From Octopus vulgaris (taxonomy: Eukaryota), in the NCBI GenBank assembly GCA_951406725.2, contig OX597814.1:155558001-155622000 (forward strand): DNA of 64,000 nucleotides, given 5' to 3'. Below are positions 41,503 to 56,225 of the stretch, in pieces. The translations under genes and the position numbers were made by a program. The notes under the pieces are model-generated. The model was not told where the DNA came from. It saw only the letters and a list, made by a program, of their open reading frames with translations, and ran no database searches. Numbering within the stretch: the first letter of the stretch is position 1; each line of letters begins with the position of its first letter.

Positions 41503-42603
41503 TTTATTTAAAGCACCAGAAAATTCAACAAAACCTGTTACTCTGAGTTTCACGTTGCCGTTCGTCGGACAGTTTTTGCTAGAATAGAACCGATATGTCA
41601 ATTCTATCCAGACTAGTATAAACGCTACACCTTTAAAAATGGACTTGTTTGATTGGTCCTTTACAAATGTGTAAGTGAGCGTATGTTTGTACTTAAGCAC
41701 ATACATACACGATTGTATGTGTATGTATCCACTTGAACTTGTGTGTTTGCGTACTTGTCTCTCTCTATATATGTGTCAGTATATGTGCTTACACAATTTG
41801 TATACAAATTTTCTTCTTTCCTTTCCTTCTTTTTCCCTTCTCCCCTTTTTTCTTTTTTCTCTCTCTTCCTTTCTTTCGTCTTTTCTCTCCCTATTCGTTA
41901 CTTGTATAGAGCCCTGTAACTTTACGTCCCCTCCCTCCCTTACTCATGTCTTCAGCTTTATATTGTAAATAAGAACGCCCCTTCCCCATCCATAAATTTA
42001 GCTTATAGTTTATATGGATACAAGGATTTGCATGCGAGCTAGATTGCGTATACATATGTGCACATGCATTTGCGTGTATATTTTAGCTTTGTATTTATAC
42101 GTCTGTATATGTATGTGGTCTGCACACATCTATCTGTGTATGTTGATGTATATATGTATAGTTTTATATGAATATGTACTGTTGTGTAATATTTTAATGC
42201 ATTTTAACGTTTTATTTTCAATTTCCATGTATTAATTATATTTCCTTTATTAATGACAATATGTATTTTAACCAAAGATTCGATGTAAGTTTTTTTCCTC
42301 GAATTCTATCATTTATATATATATATTTGAGCTCATTTTTGTTTATCGCTCGAAAATTTACCGTTATTTGTAAAGGACCAATAAAACAAGTCCATTTTTA
42401 AAGGTGTAGCGTTTATATTAGTCTGGATAGAATTGACATATCGGTTCTATTCTAGCAAAAACTGTCCGAAGAACGGCAACGTGAAACTCAGAATAACAGG
42501 TTTTGTTGAATTTTCTGCTGCTTTAAATAAAGCATATTACTCTACCACTGGTATTTGAGTACTCTTTTTTCCACCTTGTTTCACATTTATGTGTTTACTC
42601 CGG

Positions 42604-42606
<3 letters not shown>
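41501..42606 (+). mobile_element. Non-coding PLE-type element with inverted ~170 bp terminal copies, embedded in (TA)n
   Basis: 41501-41668 is the reverse complement of ~42367-42533 with a few mismatches. Both arms carry a hammerhead-like motif, and long (TA)n tracts lie on both flanks. Confidence 0.85.
41535..41572 (-). ncRNA. Minimal type I hammerhead motif, U4C core variant
   Basis: Minus strand reads ctgt CCGACGA acg gcaa cgt GAAA ctcagag TA acag, with stem I extendable by caaaa/ttttg. The mirror copy at 42462-42499 (+) has CCGAAGA and a stem III mismatch. Confidence 0.7.
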
Positions 42607-42674
<68 letters not shown>

Positions 42675-43515
42675 ATGTATGAAATAGTAAAAATGAAAAA
42701 GACATTTAATTTATACATACACACACACACAGACACACACACACACACACACTCACACACACACACACATACACACACACATATATATACATACATACAT
42801 GCATATACGCGCACACGTGAATTATATTGGCGAAATGAGATGTTCTTAATTTCTTTGGAGATTTACAAACAGCTTGCTCAAGTGATATTAATCGAAATGT
42901 TTCAAAGGTTATGCGGAGAGCATGCGCGTCACTTCGTGCCTTCCTCTCGACGCCTTTCCAGCATACAGGTTTCCGTTGGTGATATGAGGAACCCCCTCTC
43001 ACTTGATAGTTTGTTTTGAATCAGCCGCACCAGGTGCATTTATCAATTCAGTCTAGTTTGATTCCTGGAGCGATTTAGTTCGTGTTTAAAGGTCAATATT
43101 CCAACTTATTCCCCGATCGCCTGTAGGTTTCAGGTATCACCAAGAGAAAATGCAAGCCGTTTCAGTGCATTCCTTTCGATAGATTTATAGTGAACTGGGT
43201 TACATAGTTTACAAAACTGATTGTAATTTCGTGATTCGATTTTTAAATCCAATGGGTTCTTCAGCGGAGATTTACTGCAGCTTGTTGTCAGAGGTATACT
43301 TATTTTCATTGGTATAAGCTTGATCTTGTGCTTTGGTGTGATCATTTTTTGCAGGTTAGTTGTTATTTATCTACCTTGTCATTAAGAAGGGGATTTTATT
43401 TGTTGATGAAGAAGACATATTTTTATGTGCTTTATAACAAGTGTTGCGTCTGTGCGCTCGACCTTTAACCCTTTTGTGGTCGATAAATAAATTGTCACTC
43501 AAACACAGAGGACGA

Positions 43516-43598
43516 TTCTTCTTCTTCTTCTTCTTCTTCTTCTTCTTCTTCTTCTTCTTCTTCTTCTTCTTCTTCTTCTTCTACTACTACTACTTCTT
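43516..43598 (+). repeat. (TTC)n microsatellite
   Basis: Direct reading of the sequence. Confidence 0.97.
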
Positions 43599-45442
43599 CG
43601 GAATCTCTCTCGATCGTTCTATCTGTAAGTAATACACTCTGTTCATTTCTGGAGTCGTATAAAGCCAATGCAAGCCGTAGGTTACAGCACTGTTCTTACA
43701 GCTCAATAACAAATTTACTGCCCATCACCGCATAAAAATATACATACATGTGTTCATGTATATATACGCATATGTTTAGAAACGAAAAAAGTAACGGTCG
43801 ATACATGGTGTGATTTATAGTTATTGAAAAACAGTCGAAGATTCCTTCTGTAACTACTTGAAGTTTCACACACAGCTGGTCTGAAAATAACTAGCTGACT
43901 GTCGAAGCTGAGGTGGCTGCCCGCATAGGGTCGACCACCTTTGTTAATGGTTGAGCACCTGTTCGGTCGTAGGTCAGAAAAATTCTGACTAGACTGCTTC
44001 GGCTTGTTGAGAAACTTATTGGTACTTTGCAGACACAGCTTCAACTATTCATAAAAAAATTGCCAGCCTGATCATTGCCCAAAATATGGACATACAAAAA
44101 TAGCTAAAGAACAAATAATTTTTAATCAACTGATATTTTACTCGTATGTTAGGGTTTATATCTTTTAGATTACTATTACTGTTGTCGTGGTTGCTTCATT
44201 TACTCTATAGAACATTACCACAATTGGCTCTTTCAATATATCGATTGAAAAATCTGATAAAGAATTAATACAAATAGAAACTAAAATATGCAAAGTCTTC
44301 AATGAAGCTAACAGAGCATTGAAAAATAAAAAGAAAACCAAGTGGAATCCGTGATATCAAAAGATTCTGGCAATAGAAAATTCACCGAATAATGGAGACA
44401 TTAGACGAATTACCGAATAAAGTAAAACAAACATAATACAAACTGGGATTATATTTACATTCCATAGAGATTTGGTATTAATTGTAGACACTAGACTACC
44501 GATATAGTTATTTATAGAATTTGAGTTTAATACATAACTTCCATGCGTTCTAAAGCATACAGAATTTTGACTTTACTCCGAGGACCGCTGTGAAGTGGAT
44601 ATAAGTACTATGTAACTATTAAACCAGCTGTAGGTAGTGGTTATTTTGTTTCGAATCTTCATCAGTCTAGTACACACCCTGCAATCTGAATGAGATTTGA
44701 AATGATATTTGTATGCAGCACTATTAAGCAAATAACCAATTGTCCTTAAAGGTTGTGCTTCACTATACGCAAAACATACTTACAACCAGCCGGATTAGAA
44801 GAGAGGATGTTGGCATTATGGGTAATGAACACTGTGATATCTCTACGATCCATAGTAAAACATTTTCATTTCATTTTGAATATGTAGTTATCTGGTGGGA
44901 ACTACTAAAAGGTAACTAGTCATTCCAAGAGTGAAAAAGTTGTTTAATTTGTGTATATCCAACTCCTATAGTTATATATCCCGACTGATGGTACAATTTT
45001 GATTAATTCCAAAGTATATATACGCGTCAGTATAGTTATGCTTTCTAATAAAAGTTTTCCCATTCATTCAGATAATTTAAAGAATTCCGAGCTTTGGGTT
45101 TTGTTACAGCATTCTTTGATCATTAATAATTTTATTTGATGTCTTTGCTTAATCATTTCAGTCTTTTGGGGTATCCTGGAGTTGGTCCCAACATTTCTCG
45201 GAAAGATAGTTATGCGGAACACCTCAGACGCTTGTATTCTTAGCAGGACTAAGATACGACATCAATACACATAGGTCGTAAGTGAAGTCTGAAGAGAACG
45301 CAACAAATCAACAATTTCCTTGTATCTATCACGATTGAGTTACATTACTGTCTTCCACACTTTGATCAACATACTAGTCATATAAAAGAACGTGGATTTA
45401 TGCAAAATTATCCTGTTCTTGTTTTTTTGCGTACCATAAGTA

Positions 45443-46377
45443 TCGGGTTGTCCGGAAAGTTCGTGCCGATTTATAGTAGCTTACCTTTCAACTTATTTTA
45501 GAACATGGTTGAGTCCATAAAATAGGATTTGACTATACCTCCATTTAGAACACAGTTTAAGCTACCTTTTCGTGGAAGAAGGTTTATGTTCCTATAACCT
45601 GTGTTAATGGTGTAACCCTTTGAAATGGAAGATAAAAAAGTTCATTTTCAGCACTTGATGCTTTGGGAAACATACAAAAATTGATGCAGCTCGGTTGGAT
45701 GTGTTACCCACACCCTCCATATTCACCAGATATGGCTCCTTCAGATTTCCACTTATTCAGATTTCTGCAGAATAGCCTTAATGGTAAAAATGTCAATTCC
45801 TTGGATGACATAAAAAGATACCTTGATGAATTCTTTACCATGAAACCACCTCAATTCTGGGAAAAGGGTATTTTTAAGTTAAAGGAAAGATGGAGACGCA
45901 TTGTACAACAAAATGGTTCATATTTGGTTACTCTTTTACTCTTTTACTTGTTTCAGTCATTTGACTGCGGCCATGCTGGAGCACCGCCTTTAGTCGAGCA
46001 AATCGACCCCGGGACTTATTCTTTGTAAGCCCAGTACTTATTCTATCGGTCTCTTTTGATAACCGCTAAGTGACGGGGACGTAAACACACCAGCATCGGT
46101 TGTCAAGCAATGCTAGGGGGACAAACACAGACACACAAACACACACACACACACATATATATATAAATATACATATATACGACAGGCTTCTTTCAGTTTC
46201 CGTCTACCAAATCCACTCACAAGGCATTGGTCGGCCCGGGGCCATAGCAGAAGACACTTGCCCAAGATGCCACGCAGTGGGACTGAACCCGGAACCTTGT
46301 GGTTGGTTGTAATGGCAAGTATTTATTGACCTTTTACTTTCCTTTAAAAATCGGCACGAAGTTTCCGGACAACCCAA
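45443..46377 (+). mobile_element. Internally deleted mariner transposon with both TIRs
   Basis: TIRs are tcgggttgtccggaaagttcgtgccgattt and aaatcggcacgaagtttccggacaacccaa, with TA on the left. The start MEDKKVHFQHLML is fused to the C-terminus HPPYSPDMAPSDFHLFRFLQNSL...GIFKLKERWRRIVQQNGSY. Confidence 0.93.
45929..46308 (-). mobile_element. SINE family A (5'-truncated) inserted into the end of the mariner transposase
   Basis: Near identical to 36231-36607, with ttggtt at both junctions. Confidence 0.9.
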
Positions 46378-47670
46378 CGTTGCTGTTTTCTTAGGCTCAG
46401 GTTTTAGTTGTTGGAATTGTTATCAAATTTCACGGGAGAATGTTCCTGCCGCGATGACCGTCGCTATACTATTCTCTGCACAATCCCAGTAAACAAGGTG
46501 ACGTGATAGGCTCTAACATGAGCTGAAAAATTAACACGCAACAAGGCTAATTGTGCCTTTAACTGATATTTCTGATATCTGGTAATCACCTAACATCGTC
46601 TCCTTTAAGATATGAAATCGTTAGATGCCAAACTTATTTTCTAATATGAAATAATCCCTTTAAAGTGTATAGTATCACGAACTTTAGAATATAAGTCTGT
46701 TATGACAACTGTGATACAACAAAAATGTGTTAATGAAGCAGTTAATAAATTCAGGGCTGATTTCCTGTCTAGACCACTCGAGCGCCCCAAATGCTTGTAT
46801 CGGTACGGATATAGCAAATGCATTGTGAAGTATTTTCTTGTAAGAGTTTTGCTTTGGTTACCAAATCATTTTTGGTCTATTATAGTTATATTTGTTTATT
46901 TCATATTTGTTCACAGAAACTTTGTAATATATATTTTCATCATTACCGAGGTATTTGTAGCGCTAGGAGTGTGATAAAGAAAGGAGATATGTTAGATGTG
47001 AAAATTCATCAAAGTCATGTCAACAGGAAATATTTCGTGTATTGCTCTATAGATTGTCCCAAAGAAATTATGAGTAATATATCTCTTGCGGTTACAGACC
47101 CTAGAATTATACCAAGTCTGATAGAATGACATTTAGTAGAATTTTTTAATGGAAGTGTTTCAACAATATTCCTTGTAGTGATATCAACGCTTGTATTCAA
47201 AAACCTTAGGGATTATTAATGTTAATTCTAGGGCAGTGCTTTACGGGTGACACTATATAATGTTTTAGTAACAACATGAAATAAACAAGACGTGTGTGCA
47301 CGCGTGCGTATCACTGTATGCATATCGTAATGTAAAACTTGCAAGTCAACGCATCACATGACAGAGAACACTATGTGTTGGGTGGAGTGGTTAGATATGT
47401 TCATTATATAGAAAACTCCAAAAGCTTGCTGCTCATTATACTATGAAATTCGTTGTAGATTGGGCTGTCCACGACACTGAATACATACACAAATGCACAA
47501 TCGCATACACTGGCGCGCGCGCACACACACACACTCAACACACACACACACACATACACACACAAACACAAATGCACGAGTAGAAATGCAGACATATATA
47601 CATATATAGATACACACACATATTCATATATATCCATGCACACGTTTAATATTTATGCATAAGTATATTA

Positions 47671-47709
<39 letters not shown>

Positions 47710-47716
47710 TACACAG

Positions 47717-47769
<53 letters not shown>

Positions 47770-48996
47770 CTAATAGTATATATATATGTGTGTGTGTGTT
47801 TATACGAACACATACACACACTTACACACGCACTAACAGAAGTACATATATTTACATACACACACACACACACACAGATGTGCATATATTTATGCAGATG
47901 CATATGTGTGTACATATATAAATATACATACGGAGGAGGAGATTGTAAAAAGATAGGCTTATTTGAGTGCATATGAGAATTACTCAATAAATATTTAAAA
48001 TTATATACATATATCTTTAGGTTTAATTATAATTTATATTTATCAATGTATGCACTAACAAGAAAGAAAAAAAACGCCCTATCTTTTGTTGTTTGATGAT
48101 ATTGACAACGTCAACGCATCGTAAACATCTTGATTATAACTTTTAGAAAATGTAATATACAGACAAATTAGATCCTGTTATTGATAAAATGCTTTTTAAA
48201 TTCATATATTCAATTTTGTTTTAATATCAATGAATTTACTTCTTAATCGGAAAACAGACTAGGAATAGAACAAAAGAATGGATATCGATCAATTTTTTTC
48301 CCAGCTTCCCAACCCAAATATTTCTAATTTTAGCAACAAGAGCTTGTATATTCAGCGGCAAGTGGCGTTTCATCCTATATCTTTAAATCTTGCACAAACT
48401 TAGGCTAATATTTGTCTAAGATCTTCCTTCTCAACAAGTGTTGCGATCATTTAGAAAGTGAAAACTGACAAGAAGTTTTCTTATAGAAGACAAAATACCC
48501 ACACCGTTTGTTTCATGTTATACATGTTTGGTAAGTGATGATTATTTCATTGACCGGTAGCCAACCACGACACAGTCAATATCGATGGCTGAATCGAAGA
48601 GTAACTCCTGTTTGCTTATCGACAGCAAATAATTTAACGCAAAAATAGTCACACGCAACCACAAAACACACACGTTTTCAGACATGGACGTATTTATACA
48701 CTTATATAATCTATATGATAAGGTTGCATACATATATTTGTCTATGTGTAAATGTATTCAATTATCTCTAAATCATGGCAACCAATGTTTATTCTATTAC
48801 CAGTGCAGAATGTCTGTGGGAGTGTATATATACACACACACATGCATACATACATACATACATACATACATACGTACATACATACATACATATATACACA
48901 CACATATATGCATATAGATGCATATATATATATATTTATATATATGTGTGTGTGTTTTTAGAAACACATACACACGTACACACGCACTCACAGATG

Positions 48997-49041
<45 letters not shown>

Positions 49042-50080
49042 ATGTATATATAAATGAATATACATACATGTATACGTGTGCGTGCACTTGCGTGTGTATG
49101 TGTGTATGTATGAATACTTTTATAAAGAATTCGAAAAGTTTGAAATGATGGTAACCAGCAATGTTTGCTTCGATACTTTTAAAAACGTTAGACAAATTAC
49201 TCTGATCCATGAACAAATCCGAACGACATCGCCGTACACTGAGTAAGTTGAGTGTAAATAAGACGCTCAAGATATTTATCAATAGAAAAAGCTTCTTGAT
49301 GGAGCACGGTAGAAGAGATAATGAATGTCAAGTCATGTTCAGTATCCTTGGCTTTTCATAGCTATTGCAGTATCTTTCAAAGTTTCGTTCGTATCTTGAG
49401 TCAAATGACAGCCAACATGCTTTGCGTTATTAAATAATGGCGTTCATTATGCTTAAGCATGCATATTCAAAGAGTTTCAAAGGGAATGGGAGAGAGAGAT
49501 AGAAAGAGAGAGAGAGAGAGAGAAGGAGAGAGAGGGAAATTGAGAGGAAAAAGAAAATTAAAAGGGTGAGAATGAGAAAGCAAAAGAAAGTGAGAGAGTG
49601 AGGGAAAGCCATAGAAGAACAGAGGCAACGAAAAAGAGATTGATATAATGATAAATACGTATTTGTTTTTGTTTTATATTGGTTTTTGTTTATGTCGGCT
49701 ATTCTTTTCATATAAGACATAAGTTCTTGTGATTTGTATCTGATGGTAGTGACAAAGCGCTGGACTATTGGTTGTTGGGGAAATAATTTATATGCTGTAA
49801 ACCGCAATGCTGTTTATCTCTGGAAAATCATTTTTCAATAACCAATTCCACCTGGATTTATGAAGCTTTGTAGTTTATGTATAAGCAGTACTGACGCTTA
49901 TAAGTGATGGGTGGCCGTTACCTTACGGATGGAATGCAACAACTCTCTATATTAGATCACACCATGAATGATGATATGAAACTATTTTCAAACTCCCTTT
50001 TTTAGTTCTTTATTTTCTTTCTGCCATTGTGGCTAAGGCAATGCTAAACCACCAAAGGCATATCAATTGAATAATGCGTA

Positions 50081-50189
50081 CGCAGGCATGACTGTGTGGT
50101 AAGAAGATTGCTACTCAACCACATAGTACCCGTTCAGTCCTACTGCATGGCACCTTGGGCTAGTGTCTTCTACTATAGCCAAAGGCGTC

Positions 50190-50190
<1 letters not shown>
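50081..50190 (+). mobile_element. SINE family A 5' fragment
   Basis: cgcaggcatgactgtgtggtaagaagattgc...ggcaccttgggctagtgtcttctactatagcc matches the SINE A head. Confidence 0.75.
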
Positions 50191-50252
<62 letters not shown>

Positions 50253-50254
50253 AC

Positions 50255-50286
<32 letters not shown>

Positions 50287-51386
50287 TGTATGTATGTATG
50301 TATGTATGTATGTGTGTATGTACTTACGTGTGTGGGTTTGCATTTGTTTGCTCCCACCATGGATTTTTATTCGCATACCCGGCAACCCTGGCTGCTAACC
50401 GTGAAATATAAACTTTTTCTCAACTGATCTTACTTCGATACGGGTAAAGATTCACAACCACCCACACCAATAAACCACTACTGTTCCTGAAAGTTGTTTT
50501 TAATATTTTCTACAGATTGCTTGAAGGTCACTTTCTTCCTATACCTCCATTCTTAGATGTTACATTTACATATATGTAAATATGTATGAATGTAAATGTA
50601 TATGTATATATGTATGTTGTAATTTTAAATCGTATTAGCCTTTGGTGGCCTGTTATTGAAAGACTGGCAGTATATTTGAATATTTTGCGCAGTAAACTCC
50701 ATCTCTTATATCCTTTAGTTTATATCATACAAGAATATCTATTCTAATTGATCAACGAAATAGAATCTGATCTTACTGACTTGGACAAAAACATTACAGC
50801 TGATTTTGTTTTTGTATAATAAATGTTCCACTTAATTTTCCACAGGACAGATACTGCTAATTACCAACCAAGTGCGTTGTGAATTATATATTCCACTTTC
50901 TTCAATCTCACTAAAATTCAACCAATCCATAATGAGGTTGTATGTACACCATTTCCTCGAATGCTGTTAAACATATCGGCGGAACAGTGGCCGAATTTGT
51001 TTTCGAAAGTGAACTATGTACCTAAAAGTGGTCAGTGTGTTACTGACGTACTTGTGCAATCGGTGTTCAGCTAAAATTATTGTTGGCCAATATCTGTAGA
51101 AATAATGTGATAGTTTATAGAATGTGGACAGAGCACACTGCCGAGAAACACTGAAGCGTTGTGTTCTAATACAAACATGTCGAGTTAAGGTATGAGCGAT
51201 TAATGGACAATATAAGCGAGCATCTTAGACAAATGATGACTAAGAGAAGCTGCATTAAAGCCTTGTTTGATAGGTACTTAGGATGATGTTAATGACAAGG
51301 TAATATAGAGAAAAGCTGAAATACCTGAACCCTTAGGAATTGTGAAATTCTAGATACACACATGTGCGCGCGCATACAGGTACACA

Positions 51387-51639
51387 TTGGGCTGGTGCAT
51401 AATTATTGCAGCGTTATTTCAAAAAAATTTATTCAACGAAAACAATAACATGTAAAAAAAAAACATCTTTAAATGATTATCCCGGATCATATTCACCATC
51501 TACTACTTCGATTACTGCTTCCCATTTGCTTGGCAGACGGTCAGACCGCCATTTAAAGATGTTTTTGTTAAATATTGTTATTGATTTTGTTGAATAAAAT
51601 GTGTTGAAAATAAACCGCAATAATTATGCACCAATCCAA
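51387..51639 (-). mobile_element. Mariner-derived MITE
   Basis: TIRs are ttgggctggtgcataattattgc and gcaataattatgcaccaatccaa, with TA on the right. The internal minus-strand remnant reads LPSKWEAVIEVVDGEY. Confidence 0.85.
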
Positions 51640-52747
51640 TATATACACACATATGCATGTGACAACTGGCAAGATAATTCCCCCCTTGTAATGAACAACG
51701 AAATGATTCAGGCAGATTTTAGAAAACTTTTATCTGTATTCATGTTTGATGATAGAGTTATGTTTAACTTCAGATCTCTTGTGATAACACTCATTTGAGT
51801 TAGTAGCGTTTGAACAATATCATAAATCCATTTATCTCGCTCTGTCAAATCTTTACGTCATTTTTTTGAATTTACTGGTTAGGAAAGTTTGTTTCCTCTT
51901 ATGGGACACATTGAGTGTGTAGATTTTAGATCCTACCTCAATACACGATCAACCATCTATCACATATATTCAATTATTTTTATATGCATCATTGTCGTTT
52001 ATCCTTCTGAAGTCATAACAATGTTCCTGTCAGTATAAGGAATTGAATAAAGATTATATACGTCGTATACAATTATTGACTTAATGTTATGGAACTGAGC
52101 TTTGTAATAAATTTCAGTTTTAAATTAAGGTTATATTTGAATTTATCATTGAAGATGAAATGACATTTTTCTAATTAGTTAATCAGAAAGTACGTACACC
52201 ATGTAAATGATCTTCTAATAGCATTTTCCTTAGAGAAGAGTAATGAAAAGTAGCTAATGTTTAGATTGAAGTATTACACATCAAAATCTGGAAATAAAGA
52301 GAATATAGTTTGGAATAATATTGTTTTCTGGGGAAAACAGATTGGACAAACCTTCTAAAATATGGTACTGTGTAGTATAAAACCAAACTCATTTCAATCA
52401 ATATGTTTTTAATGTCAGTTCGAGTTAATATTTTGGTAATAAAACAAATCTTACACCAATCTCAGGAGGGTAAATTCATAATAATAAAATGTAGATAATT
52501 GGAATAAAAAATAAATGTTTATGTTTTAAATATTCTGAATAAAATTACATTCAGAAACTGTATTGATACTTATTCACAGTGCTGATAGTCAGTTGGCGCC
52601 ACTGTTCAATGTATCAATCATCTGACAAAATATGAATGATAGACGAAAGTCCCAAGATAATAAATTTGTGACTAAACTAGAAGGATTTACATTACTTTAA
52701 TCTCTGCAACAAAGTTGTGTAAATAGAAATCGTAGCATTATGAAAGA

Positions 52748-53137
52748 CTAGCAGTATCGCCCGGCGTTGCTCTGGATGTTGCGATCCTTTAGAATTGGAA
52801 TTTTTGAAAAGTAAAACGTTTGCATTATGTAGCTTGTTATTCTCTTTAAGTGAACATTTTTCCAATTGAAATAAACCGAAAAATGTCGACACAGCAGTAA
52901 AAAAATCGAAAAAAATAGGGATTTTCATAGAAAAAAGCACCTTTTTGATGTAAATAATTTTTGGTATTAACATCGTCCGATTTGAATTTTTTCGTCTACG
53001 GAAGGAAGAGCAAGCCTTCTTCTATCATACTTTCAATTTTGGTCAACTTGCGCCGCAAGGTCTCGGGGGAGATAGTGTTAGTTGAAGGCTACCAAACCTG
53101 CCATACACAGACAACTTCAGCATTATATATATAGTGA
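52748..53137 (-). mobile_element. Non-autonomous Helitron (second family)
   Basis: The minus strand starts a|tcactatatatataatgctg and ends gagcaacgccgggcgatactgCTAG|t, the same 3' ~25 bp as 9360-9744 but with a different interior. Confidence 0.8.
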
Positions 53138-53499
53138 TTTAATTTCTAAAGCAGCGATCCAGAAACTGGCTAGAAAAGGTCTTAAAGATTATTGTGACAC
53201 AAAGTATAATTGTTCAATATAGATAGAGAATGAAGCTAAAAAGTCGATATTCAGTTAGGTTTCGAATAATATTTTGAAAAATAGACATTTAAATATATTA
53301 GCTTTGTGAATGCAGGAAGAGCAATTTCAAAGATATATAACTTTGGTAAAAGTGTATATTCATAACTGTAAGAAAATATACGACATAAAACTAGCAAAGA
53401 AAACAAAATTCAGAAAGATTTAGAGACGGAAAAAGAATACAATTAAAATAAATATAATATAAAGATCTCCACAATGTAAAACATGTTTTATGCAAATGA

Positions 53500-54340
53500 T
53501 ATCAACAAAAACATATTAAAATAAATCGGTTTTAAAAAACATAATCGCTTCTTCTGGAATACAAAGTAATTTGAAACAAATGTCATCAGATATGGGATCA
53601 ATCCCAACGACATAATCCACCCTATAGTGCCTCAGATAGATTATCTTGTGCAAAAGAAAGCAGGAACAAGAAACTCCAAGGAACATAACCCAGAGAACAA
53701 AGTGAGATTCGGATGGTGTTGGGAAGAACTGGATAAGAATTCACAGAGTAGAATTATTAAGCGTTTAAGGACCTTTGTAAATGAGTGATTAACAAACAGA
53801 AAAGTACTGTAAAGGAAAATCAAACACATTTCGCAATGACAAAATTATCATAGCAGAACATTGGAGGCCCACGACAACTAGCAAGGAATTGCGGTAAAAG
53901 ATAAAAGCCACAGTCAGCTAGAAAAAGTTTAGGATAAACAAAGTGAAGTCAACAATGCCTAGCGCAAACTTCTTACCAGTAATCTTGAATCTATGGAAAC
54001 AGTATTCAATAAGCTAGTAAACATACATGAAAGAATCAAGAACTGAATTAATACAAGAGAAGAAATCAATATTGATTATCAAAAATAAAACACAAGAGTC
54101 ACTTCAAATTAAAAACATGCAACTTATTTGCTAACAACATACAAAACCCCCTAAAATCTATACTTTACAACAGAATAGCTGCTCACCTAGAAAGCAATAA
54201 CATCATACAAGAGAAGCCGGAGAGAGGTGTAAGGTAGTGAAGAGCAGCAATCGGTGAATTGGGCAATTATCAAAAGCAGCAGTAGATTTAAAATATCTTA
54301 GTACAGCGTGGGCTAATTACTGAAAAAAGTACATTGTTGG
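53500..54340 (+). mobile_element. Highly decayed R4/Dong-like RT fragments
   Basis: Frameshifted resemblance to HPKADxDRLYxxRxxGGRG (~53610), NYRPITCL (~53965), NNIIxEEQKGC (~54190) and LSTAWIDYKKA (~54296). Confidence 0.5.
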
Positions 54341-55823
54341 GTTGGTGGAATACATTCACATCCACGAAATATCATACAAATAAGTAGAAATTCAGACTTT
54401 TTTTTTAAATTGCACACATTCGAAACCGTGACCTAATGATTTCATCGGCAAATATGAATTTCTTACACTACTTACAACGTTAAAATATACTAATCACCTT
54501 ACAAGTCATACAGTTATGCACTGAGCACAATGCGGTACTTATTAACAGGGTACAGTTTGGGACTTCCTAGATTCTTTAGGAAATATATTGATTTGGCTCT
54601 CATCTTCATCTTATACTCTCAAATACTTATCTACAAAAGAGTATACAACTTGGAAAGGAAAATTATATTGTATCACTTCCCCCTACCAACTTGACATGTT
54701 ATAAAATGGTTAATTGATAAACGGTTTTTATATTGGTTATCTCGAAGTTAGCTCCTTTCTACATTAAAAATTTTTTTCAGGTAGATAGAAAGGAGGAAGT
54801 TGTTATCAGTCTAATATTCTGGTTTGAATGCTTCCAACGTTAGTTAGCTTTGGCAAAACACACGAGACAGGTGTTCGAGTTAAATCGGTTGACAGGTTAA
54901 TTCTTTTTTCATTACTACTGCCCATAAACTGTTTCTAGGCAACGGTTTAGGAGAAAGAAAGGAATGACATTACTGCTACAAAAACTTTATGTTTATGCAT
55001 ATTTAAAATAGCAGGTAAAAAATGGCAATAAAATAAGTGATAAAGGTTTTAAAAGAACATAATGAGATGGTAAAGAACTAATGGAAATAAAAAATGCTAA
55101 AGGATATAACAATAAAAGTGCTAATGAAATGAAATACGAGATTGTAATAAGATGTCTGATGAAAATGATACAATGAAAGAAAACATCAATATGGGGCAAG
55201 CTACTTGTTTACCATAATTATTCTGCCGGAAAATCAAACAATGGGAGAGAGTTTATTCCGCAGTACATCTTTTAAACATGTAGTGCAATTTACTGAATCC
55301 GAAAAAATTAATTCTGACGTAAACTTTCGAAACGCGTGAGACTAGATAATGAAGATTATCTGAACTCTTTTTACTGATGTAATAGCAGAAAAAGTATCAG
55401 CCTTGTAATATTCCGTCGATGACAGAAATTAGAATCACAAATAGAGTTCATCACGCATTGGTTTCTTCATTTTATCAAGAGTAGAAGAACCCGATCAAAT
55501 GTATGAGCAATATTCCATCTGTGGGCAAATCAGCATCTTGTAGCGCTACAATAAAGCTTGTACAATTGCGAACATTCTAACTCGTTATTACTCTTCCATC
55601 TGCTCCTTTAGCAACAAATGTTGTTTAAGTGTCTCACCTTAAATCTGATGTAAAGAATCTTAGACACTGTGAAGTAGAGAAACATTCAAAGCAGTTTTAG
55701 TCAATGTAAGGAATAGAATGAAGAAGGTAGGAATTTCACAATGGTGGTAGAAAAATACAAGGTAGGTTGGTGATGGAAATATTAAATGTAATAATTCATT
55801 TGTTACCCAATTGCATAATCCCA

Positions 55824-56225
55824 CTTAGGTTATTGAAAACGCCGAGGTCGATTTTGCCCTTCATCCTTTCGGGGTCGATTAAATAAGTACCAGTGACGCT
55901 ATGGGGTTGATATAGTCGACTGAATCCGTTTGTCTGTCCTCGTTTGTCCCCTCTGTGTAGCCCTTTGTGGGTAATAAAGAAATAAGAAAGTAGCTTCTGT
56001 TTTTTAGTGTGAAATAAAAGTCAGTTTATTTTCATACAATGAATGAACTTTAATCAATTATATTTTTTCCATTTTGTTCGACGACCTTTTGCCATCTCTC
56101 TGGAAATTTAATGATTCCACGTTCATATTACTTCTGGTTTTTAGCAGCCCAAATCTGTATGAAAATAAACTGACTATTATTTCACAATAAAAAAAAAAAG
56201 AAATTATTTTCTTGACAACCTGGTA
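55824..56225 (-). mobile_element. Mariner-derived MITE with a SINE B 3' half (55840-55989, +) inserted in its left end
   Basis: Inner inverted repeat between ~56001-56038 and ~56156-56195. The minus-strand remnant KFPERWQKVVEQNGKNIID* matches the mariner C-terminus. Confidence 0.75.

Noticed and set aside
45663-46028. SETMAR-like or functional mariner transposase gene
   Set aside because: Most of the ORF is deleted, it is frameshifted, and a SINE interrupts it. It lies between TIRs.
49130-49260. Short plus-strand ORF ending at a gtaagt donor
   Set aside because: The FDTFKN.LDKLL-like text resembles a decayed LINE ORF2 C-terminus rather than a host exon, and there is no supporting evidence.
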